This document shows, piece after piece, positions 8,342 through 15,777 of a stretch of DNA of 32,000 nt. The stretch's first letter is position 1. Each line of letters starts with the position of its first letter. The stretch comes from Idiomarina loihiensis L2TR (lineage in GTDB: Bacteria; Pseudomonadota; Gammaproteobacteria; Enterobacterales; Alteromonadaceae). The position numbers were made by a program, and so were the translations under genes. The stretch spans positions 2,670,001-2,702,000 of the forward strand of contig NC_006512.1 of the NCBI RefSeq assembly GCF_000008465.1. Direction: 5' to 3'. The notes below the pieces were generated by a model. That model did not search any database and was not told where the DNA came from. It saw nothing but the letters and a program-made list of their open reading frames with translations.

Positions 8342-9124
8342 TTATTTTTCAATAAAGGCCTGCTCAATCACGTAGCTGCCTTGCTTACGCGATGTTGCTT
8401 TACTAAAGCCCCGTTCATTGAGAATAACCATCAGATCTTGAAGCATAGCGTCATTACCGCACAACATAAAGCGATCGTGTTCAGGGTTCAGATCTGGCAT
8501 ACCAATGGTTTTGGTTAAGGTGCCAGACTCCAGCAAATCGGTAATACGTTGCTGATGCGCTTCATCACGGAATGGCTCGCGGGTCACTGTCGGGTAATAA
8601 ATGAGCTTTTCCCGCACCCAGTCACCAAAGTATTCGTTATTTGGCAGAATCTCAGAGATTTCTTTTTGATACGCCAACTCAGACACCCAGCGCACACCGT
8701 GAACCAAAACGACTTTATCGTACTGTTCGTATATGTCGGGGTCTTTAATAACGCTCATAAAAGGCGCTAAACCGGTGCCGGTACTGAGCAAGTACAAGTT
8801 TTTGCCTGGCAGTAAGTGCCCGGGTACTAACGTGCCTGTAGGGCGTGTCGACAACACCACTTCGTCACCCACCTTGATATGTTGCAGGCGCGACGTTAAA
8901 GCGCCGTCCGGCACTTTAATACTGAAGAACTCAAGCTCTTCTTCATGGTTTGCACTGGCAATGCTGTAAGCTCTGAGCAGAGGCTTGTCTTCCAGCTGCA
9001 GTCCCATCATTACAAACTGACCGTTTTCGAAGGTAAAGCTTGGTTGGCGTGTGGTTCTAAAGCTAAACAGGGTGTCGTTCCAGTGGCGTACCTGAGTCAC
9101 TTTTTCCGCAATGATACTTCTCAT
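8342..9124 (-). CDS. fpr: Ferredoxin-NADP(+) reductase (Pseudomonas/Azotobacter Fpr type)
   Basis: 260 aa. HWNDTLFSFRTTR, RAYSIAS (FAD-binding RxYS), and LLSTGTGLAPF (NADP-binding). Similarity to subclass I bacterial Fpr as I recall it runs along the whole length. Confidence 0.9.
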   Translation of the reverse strand: MRSIIAEKVTQVRHWNDTLFSFRTTRQPSFTFENGQFVMMGLQLEDKPLLRAYSIASANHEEELEFFSIKVPDGALTSRLQHIKVGDEVVLSTRPTGTLVPGHLLPGKNLYLLSTGTGLAPFMSVIKDPDIYEQYDKVVLVHGVRWVSELAYQKEISEILPNNEYFGDWVREKLIYYPTVTREPFRDEAHQQRITDLLESGTLTKTIGMPDLNPEHDRFMLCGNDAMLQDLMVILNERGFSKATSRKQGSYVIEQAFIEK

Positions 9125-9176
9125 AACAATTCCTCATTGGCGATTTTGTGCGCATAATAACATAAAAAAACTAAAT

Positions 9177-9221
9177 CTAAATGAGAATTTTTATCATTAA
9201 CTATTGAAAATGAGAACGGTT
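9177..9221. promoter_or_regulatory. Fur-box-like elements in the divergent fpr / PepSY-DUF2271 promoter region
   Basis: CTAAATGAGAATTTTTATC (9177-9195) matches 13 of 19 Fur consensus positions by hand alignment. A weaker second copy, GAAAATGAGAAC, follows at about 9205-9216. Confidence 0.55.
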
Positions 9222-9267
9222 TTTATATAAGATACATGCACTGTTGTTTGTAAAGGAAGAAAAGTGA

Positions 9268-10335
9268 ATGGCTCGACGCTCGGGTGGCCGCAGAGGGTGG
9301 TCTTTAAAAGACTGGCATTGGATAAGCTCTGCCGTTTGCCTCATTGGCATGTTGTTGTTTTCAGTCACCGGTATAACGCTAAACCATGCTGGCTGGATAG
9401 AATCCGCACCCAGCGTCGAAAGCCATGAAAGCTCTCTCCCACAAACGGAATTGGACCGGTTGGCGAATGCTTCAGGGAATGACGCTCTACCAACTTTTTT
9501 CCACCGCTGGTACGAAGATAAGACGCAAAACAGCATCAGTTCAAATGCCGAAATCGAATGGAGTGACTACGAATTGTACGTCGCCATGCCCCGCCCTGGC
9601 GGGGACAGCTGGTTCAGCGTCGATTTAACCAGTGGTGCTTTTTACTCTGAAACCACCGATCGCGGCTGGATTGCCTATTTCAATGACCTCCACAAAGCCC
9701 GCAACACGGGTTTTCTCTGGAGCCTTTTCATTGACGTATTTGCCATTGCCAGCATTTTATTCACAATTACGGGGTTATTACTTTTGAAAAAATACAGTAA
9801 AGGGCGCAAGTCCACCTGGCCGCTGGTTCTGGCCGGTTTCATCATTCCTTTGTTCGCCGTTATGGGGTCAGCACATGCTGCTGAAAACGAGCTCAATGTC
9901 GAAATTCCCCGCCTGTCAGTCGCCGAATATCACGCACCTTACCTGGCGATATGGCTGGCCAATGAACGCAACCAACGGGTTGCTGACATTGCAGTCTGGT
10001 ACGACGTTAACCTAAAAGATAGCGAAGGCGAAAAATGGCTTAAAGACATACGCCAGTGGTGGCGTCGAAGCGGCCGCATGGCTGACATGCCTATAGACGG
10101 TGTATCGGGCGCAACCCGACGCCCCGGCACTCACAAGGTGGATTTAACACCGTTATTAACCAAATTACCGGAACTTGAGCCCGGCCAGTACTACTTGTAT
10201 GTAGAAGCCGCGCGCGAAGTCGGCGGTCGCGAAATGCTGCGCCTGCCATTGTCTTTACCTATCGATAGCCCAATATCCATCTCAGAGACCGGCGAGCACG
10301 AGCTTGGCCGAGTGTCATTAAAACTGGAGCCTTAA
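9268..10335 (+). CDS. Fusion protein: two-helix PepSY-associated-TM-type module plus a DUF2271 domain carrying an FMN-attachment-type motif
   Basis: 355 aa. N-terminal WHWISSAVCLIGMLLFSVTGITLNH and FLWSLFIDVFAIASILFTITGLLLL helices. An internal signal-peptide-like segment, KGRKSTWPLVLAGFIIPLFAVMGSAHA|AE. C-terminal YHAPYLAIWL ... KWLKDIRQWWRR ... DGVSGATRRPG, typical of DUF2271 (from memory). Confidence 0.65.
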   Translation: MARRSGGRRGWSLKDWHWISSAVCLIGMLLFSVTGITLNHAGWIESAPSVESHESSLPQTELDRLANASGNDALPTFFHRWYEDKTQNSISSNAEIEWSDYELYVAMPRPGGDSWFSVDLTSGAFYSETTDRGWIAYFNDLHKARNTGFLWSLFIDVFAIASILFTITGLLLLKKYSKGRKSTWPLVLAGFIIPLFAVMGSAHAAENELNVEIPRLSVAEYHAPYLAIWLANERNQRVADIAVWYDVNLKDSEGEKWLKDIRQWWRRSGRMADMPIDGVSGATRRPGTHKVDLTPLLTKLPELEPGQYYLYVEAAREVGGREMLRLPLSLPIDSPISISETGEHELGRVSLKLEP

Positions 10336-10337
10336 TC

Positions 10338-11168
10338 ATGAAATTATCTTCTGTACTTACTACCAGCCTGGCTGTGCTGACCTTATTTGCCAGCACCAGC
10401 AGTGAAGCTCACCGCGTCTGGATTAAACCCAGCGCCACCGTTGTTTCCGGCGATTCCGAATGGGTGACTTTTGATGCCGCTATCGCCAATGGCATTTTTT
10501 ATCCAGATCACTACCCGCTTAGCCTGGATTACGTAAAAGCCATGGCACCAGATGGCTCCGATGTGACTCTGGAGAATGGTCATAAAGGCAAATACCGCTC
10601 GGTATTTGATATTGAACTGGAAAAAGAAGGCACTTATACCATTTATTCAGCCAGTTCAGGGTTATCTGCACGCTGGGTAGATGACGAAGGTGAACGCCAA
10701 TACTGGCCGCCACGTGGTGCGCAAAAAACCAATGAAGACTTCTACAAAGAAGTTCCTCAGGACGCTAAAGAATTAGAAGTTAGTGAGCGCTCACGTCGTG
10801 TTGAAACCTTTGTTACCTCTGGTGCACCAACTTATGACACTCTGGGTCCAACAGGTAAAGGTCTGGAACTTGAACCAGTGACCCACCCGAACGATTTATA
10901 CACTGGTGAAAACATTACCTTTAAGTTCAATATTGATGGTGCCGCAGCAGCGAGAACTGAAATTTTCTTGGTAAAAGGCGGTGAGCGTTATCGTGACCAG
11001 GCACAACCAACCAAGTTAACAACCGATGAGAAAGGCGAAGTCACCTTCACTCTGGATGAACCAGGCATGTACTGGTTAGAAGCAGAATACGCTGACGACA
11101 ACGGCGAAGCCCCGGCTACCAAACGCCAGGGCTCTTACGTTGCCGTATTAGAAGTGTTGCCTATGTAG
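10338..11168 (+). CDS. DUF4198-family periplasmic protein (NikM/CbiK-like metal-associated fold)
   Basis: 276 aa. Signal peptide MKLSSVLTTSLAVLTLFASTSSEA, followed by HRVWIKP (the AHxxW start of the mature protein is typical of DUF4198 as I recall). It starts 2 nt after the upstream stop, with a GGAG RBS. Confidence 0.65.
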   Translation: MKLSSVLTTSLAVLTLFASTSSEAHRVWIKPSATVVSGDSEWVTFDAAIANGIFYPDHYPLSLDYVKAMAPDGSDVTLENGHKGKYRSVFDIELEKEGTYTIYSASSGLSARWVDDEGERQYWPPRGAQKTNEDFYKEVPQDAKELEVSERSRRVETFVTSGAPTYDTLGPTGKGLELEPVTHPNDLYTGENITFKFNIDGAAAARTEIFLVKGGERYRDQAQPTKLTTDEKGEVTFTLDEPGMYWLEAEYADDNGEAPATKRQGSYVAVLEVLPM

Positions 11169-11173
11169 CCTGG

Positions 11174-12175
11174 CTACTGAAAACGAACCACTCCCAGAGT
11201 GTTGGCGTCAGTACCGAACCAAATGGAATCGGTCGCTTCATCATAGAACATATGACGAACAGTACCGCCGCCACTCTCCAGCTCAATTGGCTCTGAAAAC
11301 TCGTGGGTTTCGGTATCGAAGCCCACCAGCCGGTTTGGCTGCACACCAGTTTCTACAAACCAGACGTCATTACGTTTATCCACCGCCATACCATAAGGCC
11401 GTGAATTTTCTTCAGCTGGTGCCCGCCAGTCTTTATTCTCACCGCTAGCCGGGTCGTAGCTACCCACGTAACCTTTATTATAATCGACATACCAGATGGT
11501 ACCGTCGTCAGTCATACCAAGCCTGCGTGGCCTATTGTCTTTCCGTTCAAGCTCAATTCCCCGCAGCTTTCCGCTTTCAACAGTCGCCAGCTTATTGGTA
11601 CCAAAGAGCGTCGCCCAGGGTTTGTCGTTCTCGACAATTAAACCGTAAGGCCGGGCCGAATCCGTGGGCACATCCCAAAGTTCTATTTCACCGTCATCTG
11701 TTTCCAGAAAGCCTATTTGGTTACCGCCCTGCACCGTAAACCAAATATTGCCATCGCTAGTGAAGTCCATGGTGTGGCTGTCGCGCGTTCCATCTCCGGG
11801 TAATTCAAACTTTTTAATGTCGCCTGAAACCGGATCAATTAAGCCAATATGGTTCATAAGATTGCCGGTGTACCAAGCGCCACGATCATCGACAATAACA
11901 GTATGCGGACCCGATCCATCGGGTAGATCGTAGCGTTTAAACTCTTCGGTTTCGGGGTTAAATGTTGCCGCGTAATCACTTCCCTGACCCACGAACCAGA
12001 CCGTATTATTGTGCACCCAGGGGTCACGAGGCCGGGAATCCTCCCAGGGAACCTGCCACTCCTGAATTTCCGCTTTAGCCAGTCCACTGTCTTTGTGGTC
12101 ATCGCTGTTAGCCGGCGCACTGCTTATTCCCGCCAGACCAATAATTACCGCACTTGTTAAGCTTAAGTATTTCAT
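11174..12175 (-). CDS. Secreted beta-propeller protein, Vgb (virginiamycin B lyase)-like repeat family
   Basis: 333 aa. Signal peptide, then repeated blades ending in aromatic motifs (VWFVGQ, AWYTGN, IWFTVQ, IWYVDY, VWFVET, IWFGTD) and RPYG(L/M) motifs resembling Vgb PYGI ... WFTE repeats. Confidence 0.55.
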   Translation of the reverse strand: MKYLSLTSAVIIGLAGISSAPANSDDHKDSGLAKAEIQEWQVPWEDSRPRDPWVHNNTVWFVGQGSDYAATFNPETEEFKRYDLPDGSGPHTVIVDDRGAWYTGNLMNHIGLIDPVSGDIKKFELPGDGTRDSHTMDFTSDGNIWFTVQGGNQIGFLETDDGEIELWDVPTDSARPYGLIVENDKPWATLFGTNKLATVESGKLRGIELERKDNRPRRLGMTDDGTIWYVDYNKGYVGSYDPASGENKDWRAPAEENSRPYGMAVDKRNDVWFVETGVQPNRLVGFDTETHEFSEPIELESGGGTVRHMFYDEATDSIWFGTDANTLGVVRFQ

Positions 12176-12300
12176 TTTATGGCCTCCGTAAATAATCTTT
12201 TAGCCTGACATATCCAACTGATTTATCAGTATAGACGCTATTGCTTCAAACCCAACACTGTGCAATCTTCAACCTTTAAACACTAAACGGTACCTGTTAC

Positions 12301-14076
12301 ATGCTAGATCAATGGCTTATTGGAATAATCTTAGTCGCCATGTTGGTGCTTTTCGTCATAGATAAATGGCGTTACGACCTGGTTGCCATGATGGCGCTAT
12401 TGTCCGCGGCTATTCTTGGTCTGGTTCCAACTGCCGAGGTGTTCAGTGGTTTTGGTAACGCTGCTGTCATCACTGTTGCGGCGGTATTGATTATTAGCCA
12501 GGCACTTTGGCGCTCTGGCGTTGTCGATGCACTGGCATCGGCTATGAAAAACATAGGCGATAAACGCTGGTTACAGATGATAGCCCTGACCTCAGTCACT
12601 ACGATCTGCTCAGCTTTTATCAGCAATACAGGCACCATGGCGATAATGATACCAGTCGCCCTTCAACTCGCCCGCAGCAGTGGAAATAACCCCTCCAAAG
12701 TGTTAATGCCTATGGCCTTTGGCTCCTTACTGGGGGGCACTATTACTATGGTGGGTACGCCGCCGAACATTATTATTGCCGATATTCGTCGCGAGGCTAT
12801 GGGTGAGTCTTTCGGTATTTTTGAATTTACTCCGGTTGGTCTCAGCATCGCCATCGCGGGCTTACTCTTTATGTGGCTGCTAAGTCACTGGTTGGTGCCA
12901 GAAAAAGCTGGGAAATCCAAATCGCAGTCACTTTACGATGTCAGTAGCTACCTGACCGAACTCTATGTACCTGAAGGCTCTAACTTTGTTGGTGAAACTC
13001 TCTATGAGCTGGAAAACCGTAGCGAAGAGGACTTTGTAATTGTTGCACTACAACGTGGCGAAAAGCGCTGGTCTGCACCGGCCCGATACTTGCGATTGAA
13101 ACCTGAGGATGTATTAATAGTTGAAGCCAACGCGGAGACCATTCAGCAAGTTATTGACGGAACAGGGCTTGAGCTTAACGCCGAGGAAGAAATTGACGAG
13201 CGCTTTTTAAAATCCGACGACATTACCGTTATTGAAGGGATTGTCGGGCACGATTCACGCCTTATCGGCCGCTCGGCTGGCGACATAAAATTACGCAGCC
13301 GCTACGGTATTAATGTACTGGGCGTAGCCCGGGAAGGTCAGAAGTTGGGAACAAAACTGGCGAATATTCGCTTTAAGCCGGGTGATGTTTTATTACTGCA
13401 GGGCGACGCTGAAGTGCTTAATGACGTATTTCAGCGCTTTGGCTGCTTCCCTCTCGCTCAACGCAGCTTGCGACTGGGCTCACCAAAACAACTGATTCAG
13501 CCACTGGGGATATTCTCGGCAGCGATTCTGGCAGCAGCACTCGGCTTTATCTCAGTGCCGGTTGCGTTCTCTCTTGCGGCCGGCCTTATGGTTATTACCA
13601 ATATTCTGCCTCTTCGGGAACTCTATGACGCCATAGACTGGCCTATTATTGTCTTGCTGGGAGCGACAATTCCACTGGGGTCTGCGCTGGAGCGCAGCGG
13701 TGCTGCCGATACCATTGCCAACGCGGTGCTTTATGTGAGTCAGGGGTCACCCGATTTTGTTGCCGTGGGCTTACTGCTAATAGTTACGATGCTGCTGTCG
13801 AACATAGTTAACAACGCCGCCGCGGCCGTATTGATGGCGCCTATTGGCATCAGTATGGCCAGCAGCTTCGGCGCCAGTATGGATCCGTTTTTAATGGCGG
13901 TTGCTATTGGTGCCGCTGTGCCTTTCTTAACCCCTATAGGCCACCAGTCGAATATATTGGTTATGGGCCCGGGGGGTTACAATTTTAGCGACTACTGGCG
14001 GCTTGGCCTACCGTTGTCCCTGCTGGTTTCGGCGGTTGCGCTGGTTATGATACTGCTGGTATGGCCGTTGTATTAA
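12301..14076 (+). CDS. SLC13/DASS-type permease with a central pair of TrkA-C (RCK_C)-like domains
   Basis: 591 aa. Hydrophobic multi-helix blocks at both ends flank a soluble insert of about 180 aa. This architecture is typical of SLC13-family permeases. Confidence 0.75.
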   Translation: MLDQWLIGIILVAMLVLFVIDKWRYDLVAMMALLSAAILGLVPTAEVFSGFGNAAVITVAAVLIISQALWRSGVVDALASAMKNIGDKRWLQMIALTSVTTICSAFISNTGTMAIMIPVALQLARSSGNNPSKVLMPMAFGSLLGGTITMVGTPPNIIIADIRREAMGESFGIFEFTPVGLSIAIAGLLFMWLLSHWLVPEKAGKSKSQSLYDVSSYLTELYVPEGSNFVGETLYELENRSEEDFVIVALQRGEKRWSAPARYLRLKPEDVLIVEANAETIQQVIDGTGLELNAEEEIDERFLKSDDITVIEGIVGHDSRLIGRSAGDIKLRSRYGINVLGVAREGQKLGTKLANIRFKPGDVLLLQGDAEVLNDVFQRFGCFPLAQRSLRLGSPKQLIQPLGIFSAAILAAALGFISVPVAFSLAAGLMVITNILPLRELYDAIDWPIIVLLGATIPLGSALERSGAADTIANAVLYVSQGSPDFVAVGLLLIVTMLLSNIVNNAAAAVLMAPIGISMASSFGASMDPFLMAVAIGAAVPFLTPIGHQSNILVMGPGGYNFSDYWRLGLPLSLLVSAVALVMILLVWPLY

Positions 14077-15206
14077 TCGCTGATTTTATAAGGCAAATAG
14101 GTTTGCAGTGTTTTCAGGTGTTCGCGTAACGCACTGCGTTCATCCTGACAATACTGCTCAATGGCGTCGCTAAGAGGCGCCTCCATAAAACGGTAAAAGC
14201 CTTCGCGCAGAACAGGCTCAAAACCACGATGCAATTTGTGCTCACCCTGAGCGCCCGCGTCAAAATACTGTAGCCCGTGGTTTATGCAAAACTCAATTCC
14301 CTGATAATAACAGGCTTCAAAGTGCAGAAATTCAAGCTCTTCCCGGCAGCCCCAGTAGCGTCCGTACAGTGTGTCTTCTCCTTTAAAACACAAAGAAGCA
14401 GCCAGCATGTTGCCGTCTCTGTAGGCAGCAAAAACAACAATATAATCGGATAAATACTCAGCCCAGAGCTTAAAGGTAGCAGGGGTTAAATAGCCGCCAT
14501 GCCCAGAACGTTTTAAATAAGTACGCTGGTAGAACAAAGTAAATTGCTGCCAAAACTCCGTAGTCAGCTCCTTACCTTGCAAGGTTCGCATCTGCACATT
14601 TTGTTCTGATATTTTCTGCCGCTCTTTACGAATCGTCTTACGCTTACGCGACACCAGAGCCTCTAAAAAGTCATCAAAACTGCCGTAGTTGCGGTTTTGC
14701 CAGAGAAACTGAATATCAAAACGCTGCCACCAGCCTTCGTCGGCTAAAGCACGGCTTAAGTCAGGTTCAACATACAAACTCTGCAAGTTACTGACGTCAT
14801 GCTGCTTTAATAACTCAGACTCAATAATAGGCAGCATCTCGCCACGGTTAACGCCCTCGCTAATAGCCAGACGCGGTCCCTGACATGGTGTAAAAGGTAT
14901 TGCGTTAATCAGCTTAGGGTAATATTGAAAACCATAGCGTTCAAAAGCTTCGGCGAATGCCCAGTCGAACAGATACTCACCATAGGAATGCGTTTTCTTA
15001 AACCACGGCATAGCCGCAACCATGGTGCCATTATCATCAAAAACGACAACATATTGCGGCAACCAGCCGCGCTGCAGCCCAAGACTGCCACCCTGCTCAA
15101 GCGCCAGCAGAAAGTCATAGCGAGTAAAGGGGTAATGGCGCCCGAACAGGCGATCCCAGTCGTTTTTAGCTACAGTGGTGATTGTTGCGTGAATAACTGC
15201 TCGCAT
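14073..15206 (-). CDS. FemAB-like / BioF2-like acetyltransferase-fold protein (former DUF482)
   Basis: 377 aa. Family recognised from the overall pattern (WDRL ... PFTRYDFLLALE ... GWLPQY ... YGEYLFDW ... KRKTIRKER ... LYGRYWG), from memory of this family. No HMM was run. Confidence 0.6.
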   Translation of the reverse strand: MRAVIHATITTVAKNDWDRLFGRHYPFTRYDFLLALEQGGSLGLQRGWLPQYVVVFDDNGTMVAAMPWFKKTHSYGEYLFDWAFAEAFERYGFQYYPKLINAIPFTPCQGPRLAISEGVNRGEMLPIIESELLKQHDVSNLQSLYVEPDLSRALADEGWWQRFDIQFLWQNRNYGSFDDFLEALVSRKRKTIRKERQKISEQNVQMRTLQGKELTTEFWQQFTLFYQRTYLKRSGHGGYLTPATFKLWAEYLSDYIVVFAAYRDGNMLAASLCFKGEDTLYGRYWGCREELEFLHFEACYYQGIEFCINHGLQYFDAGAQGEHKLHRGFEPVLREGFYRFMEAPLSDAIEQYCQDERSALREHLKTLQTYLPYKISD

Positions 15207-15209
15207 GCG

Positions 15210-15449
15210 TTAGGCGCTTAAGAGCCCAAGCACACTGATGTCTTCATCCAACTGTGGCCAGTGAATACCCTGACCGTTACCCAACAATTGCCAATCCTTA
15301 CGCTGCTCCTCGGTGGCACTTTCCAAGCGAGGGAACCAAACAATGGGCGCAGAAATTTTACGGCCATCAGCAAGCTCGACCTCAAGAGTTGCCTCGGTAA
15401 CAGATACATTCACTGCAACAGGATGGCGATCAATTTCTAAAGTATTCAT
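15210..15449 (-). CDS. DUF2442-family small protein
   Basis: 79 aa. LADGRKISAPIVWFPRL ... GIHWPQLDEDISVLGLL is the typical DUF2442 signature. A strong GGAGG RBS lies 6 nt upstream of the ATG. The gene overlaps the upstream gene by 20 nt. Confidence 0.8.
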   Translation of the reverse strand: MNTLEIDRHPVAVNVSVTEATLEVELADGRKISAPIVWFPRLESATEEQRKDWQLLGNGQGIHWPQLDEDISVLGLLSA

Positions 15450-15666
15450 ACCACGCCTCCAGTAGTTCTTCTCTATGCTGCACTACAATTTTATTGATGC
15501 GCCTAAGCTCAAACGATGAAAAACTGACAGAGCTACTCATTAAAACAGGTTTAAGCCAAAATTTGGCCAGCTTGTTGTCTCGCTGCACATGAATGTGAGG
15601 AGGTTCACCGCTTTCGTTACTATAAAAGAAAAAACGATAAGCACCAATCCTTAGTATTGTCGGCAT
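15430..15666 (-). CDS. DUF4160-family small protein
   Basis: 78 aa. MPTILRIGAYRFFFYSNESGEPPHIHV ... AKFWLKP is the typical DUF4160 signature. Confidence 0.8.
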   Translation of the reverse strand: MPTILRIGAYRFFFYSNESGEPPHIHVQRDNKLAKFWLKPVLMSSSVSFSSFELRRINKIVVQHREELLEAWYEYFRN

Positions 15667-15777
15667 GCTTTAGTTTCCGTACTTTAAAAGAAACTAAGCT
15701 TAGAAAAAAACCGACGATAGCGCGTTATGAAATAACCTAAAAGTGCGTAATCATCTGCCTACTCATTGTACCCACCA

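Noticed and set aside
8006-8518. A 170-aa plus-strand ORF, and similar nested or antisense ORFs from the track: 1279-1542, 3497-3703, 5644-5922, 7141-7387, 8549-9157, 9201-9536, 11527-12120, 14909-15221, 16215-16439, 17057-17323, 20107-20358, 21974-22480, 23984-24478, 25536-25904, 27589-28206, 30412-30600 and 31297-31506.
   Set aside because: Each lies inside or antisense to a gene with clear family motifs. Their sequences are low-complexity or Arg/Ser-rich, typical of out-of-frame translation. None has a visible RBS or a recognisable domain.
14073-14076. Convergent stop-codon overlaps: TTAA at 14073-14076, CTAA at 30937-30940, and the 27-nt overlap at 1736-1762. These were considered as antisense-regulation signals.
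   Set aside because: Short convergent overlaps are common in compact bacterial genomes, and no supporting structure or motif was seen.
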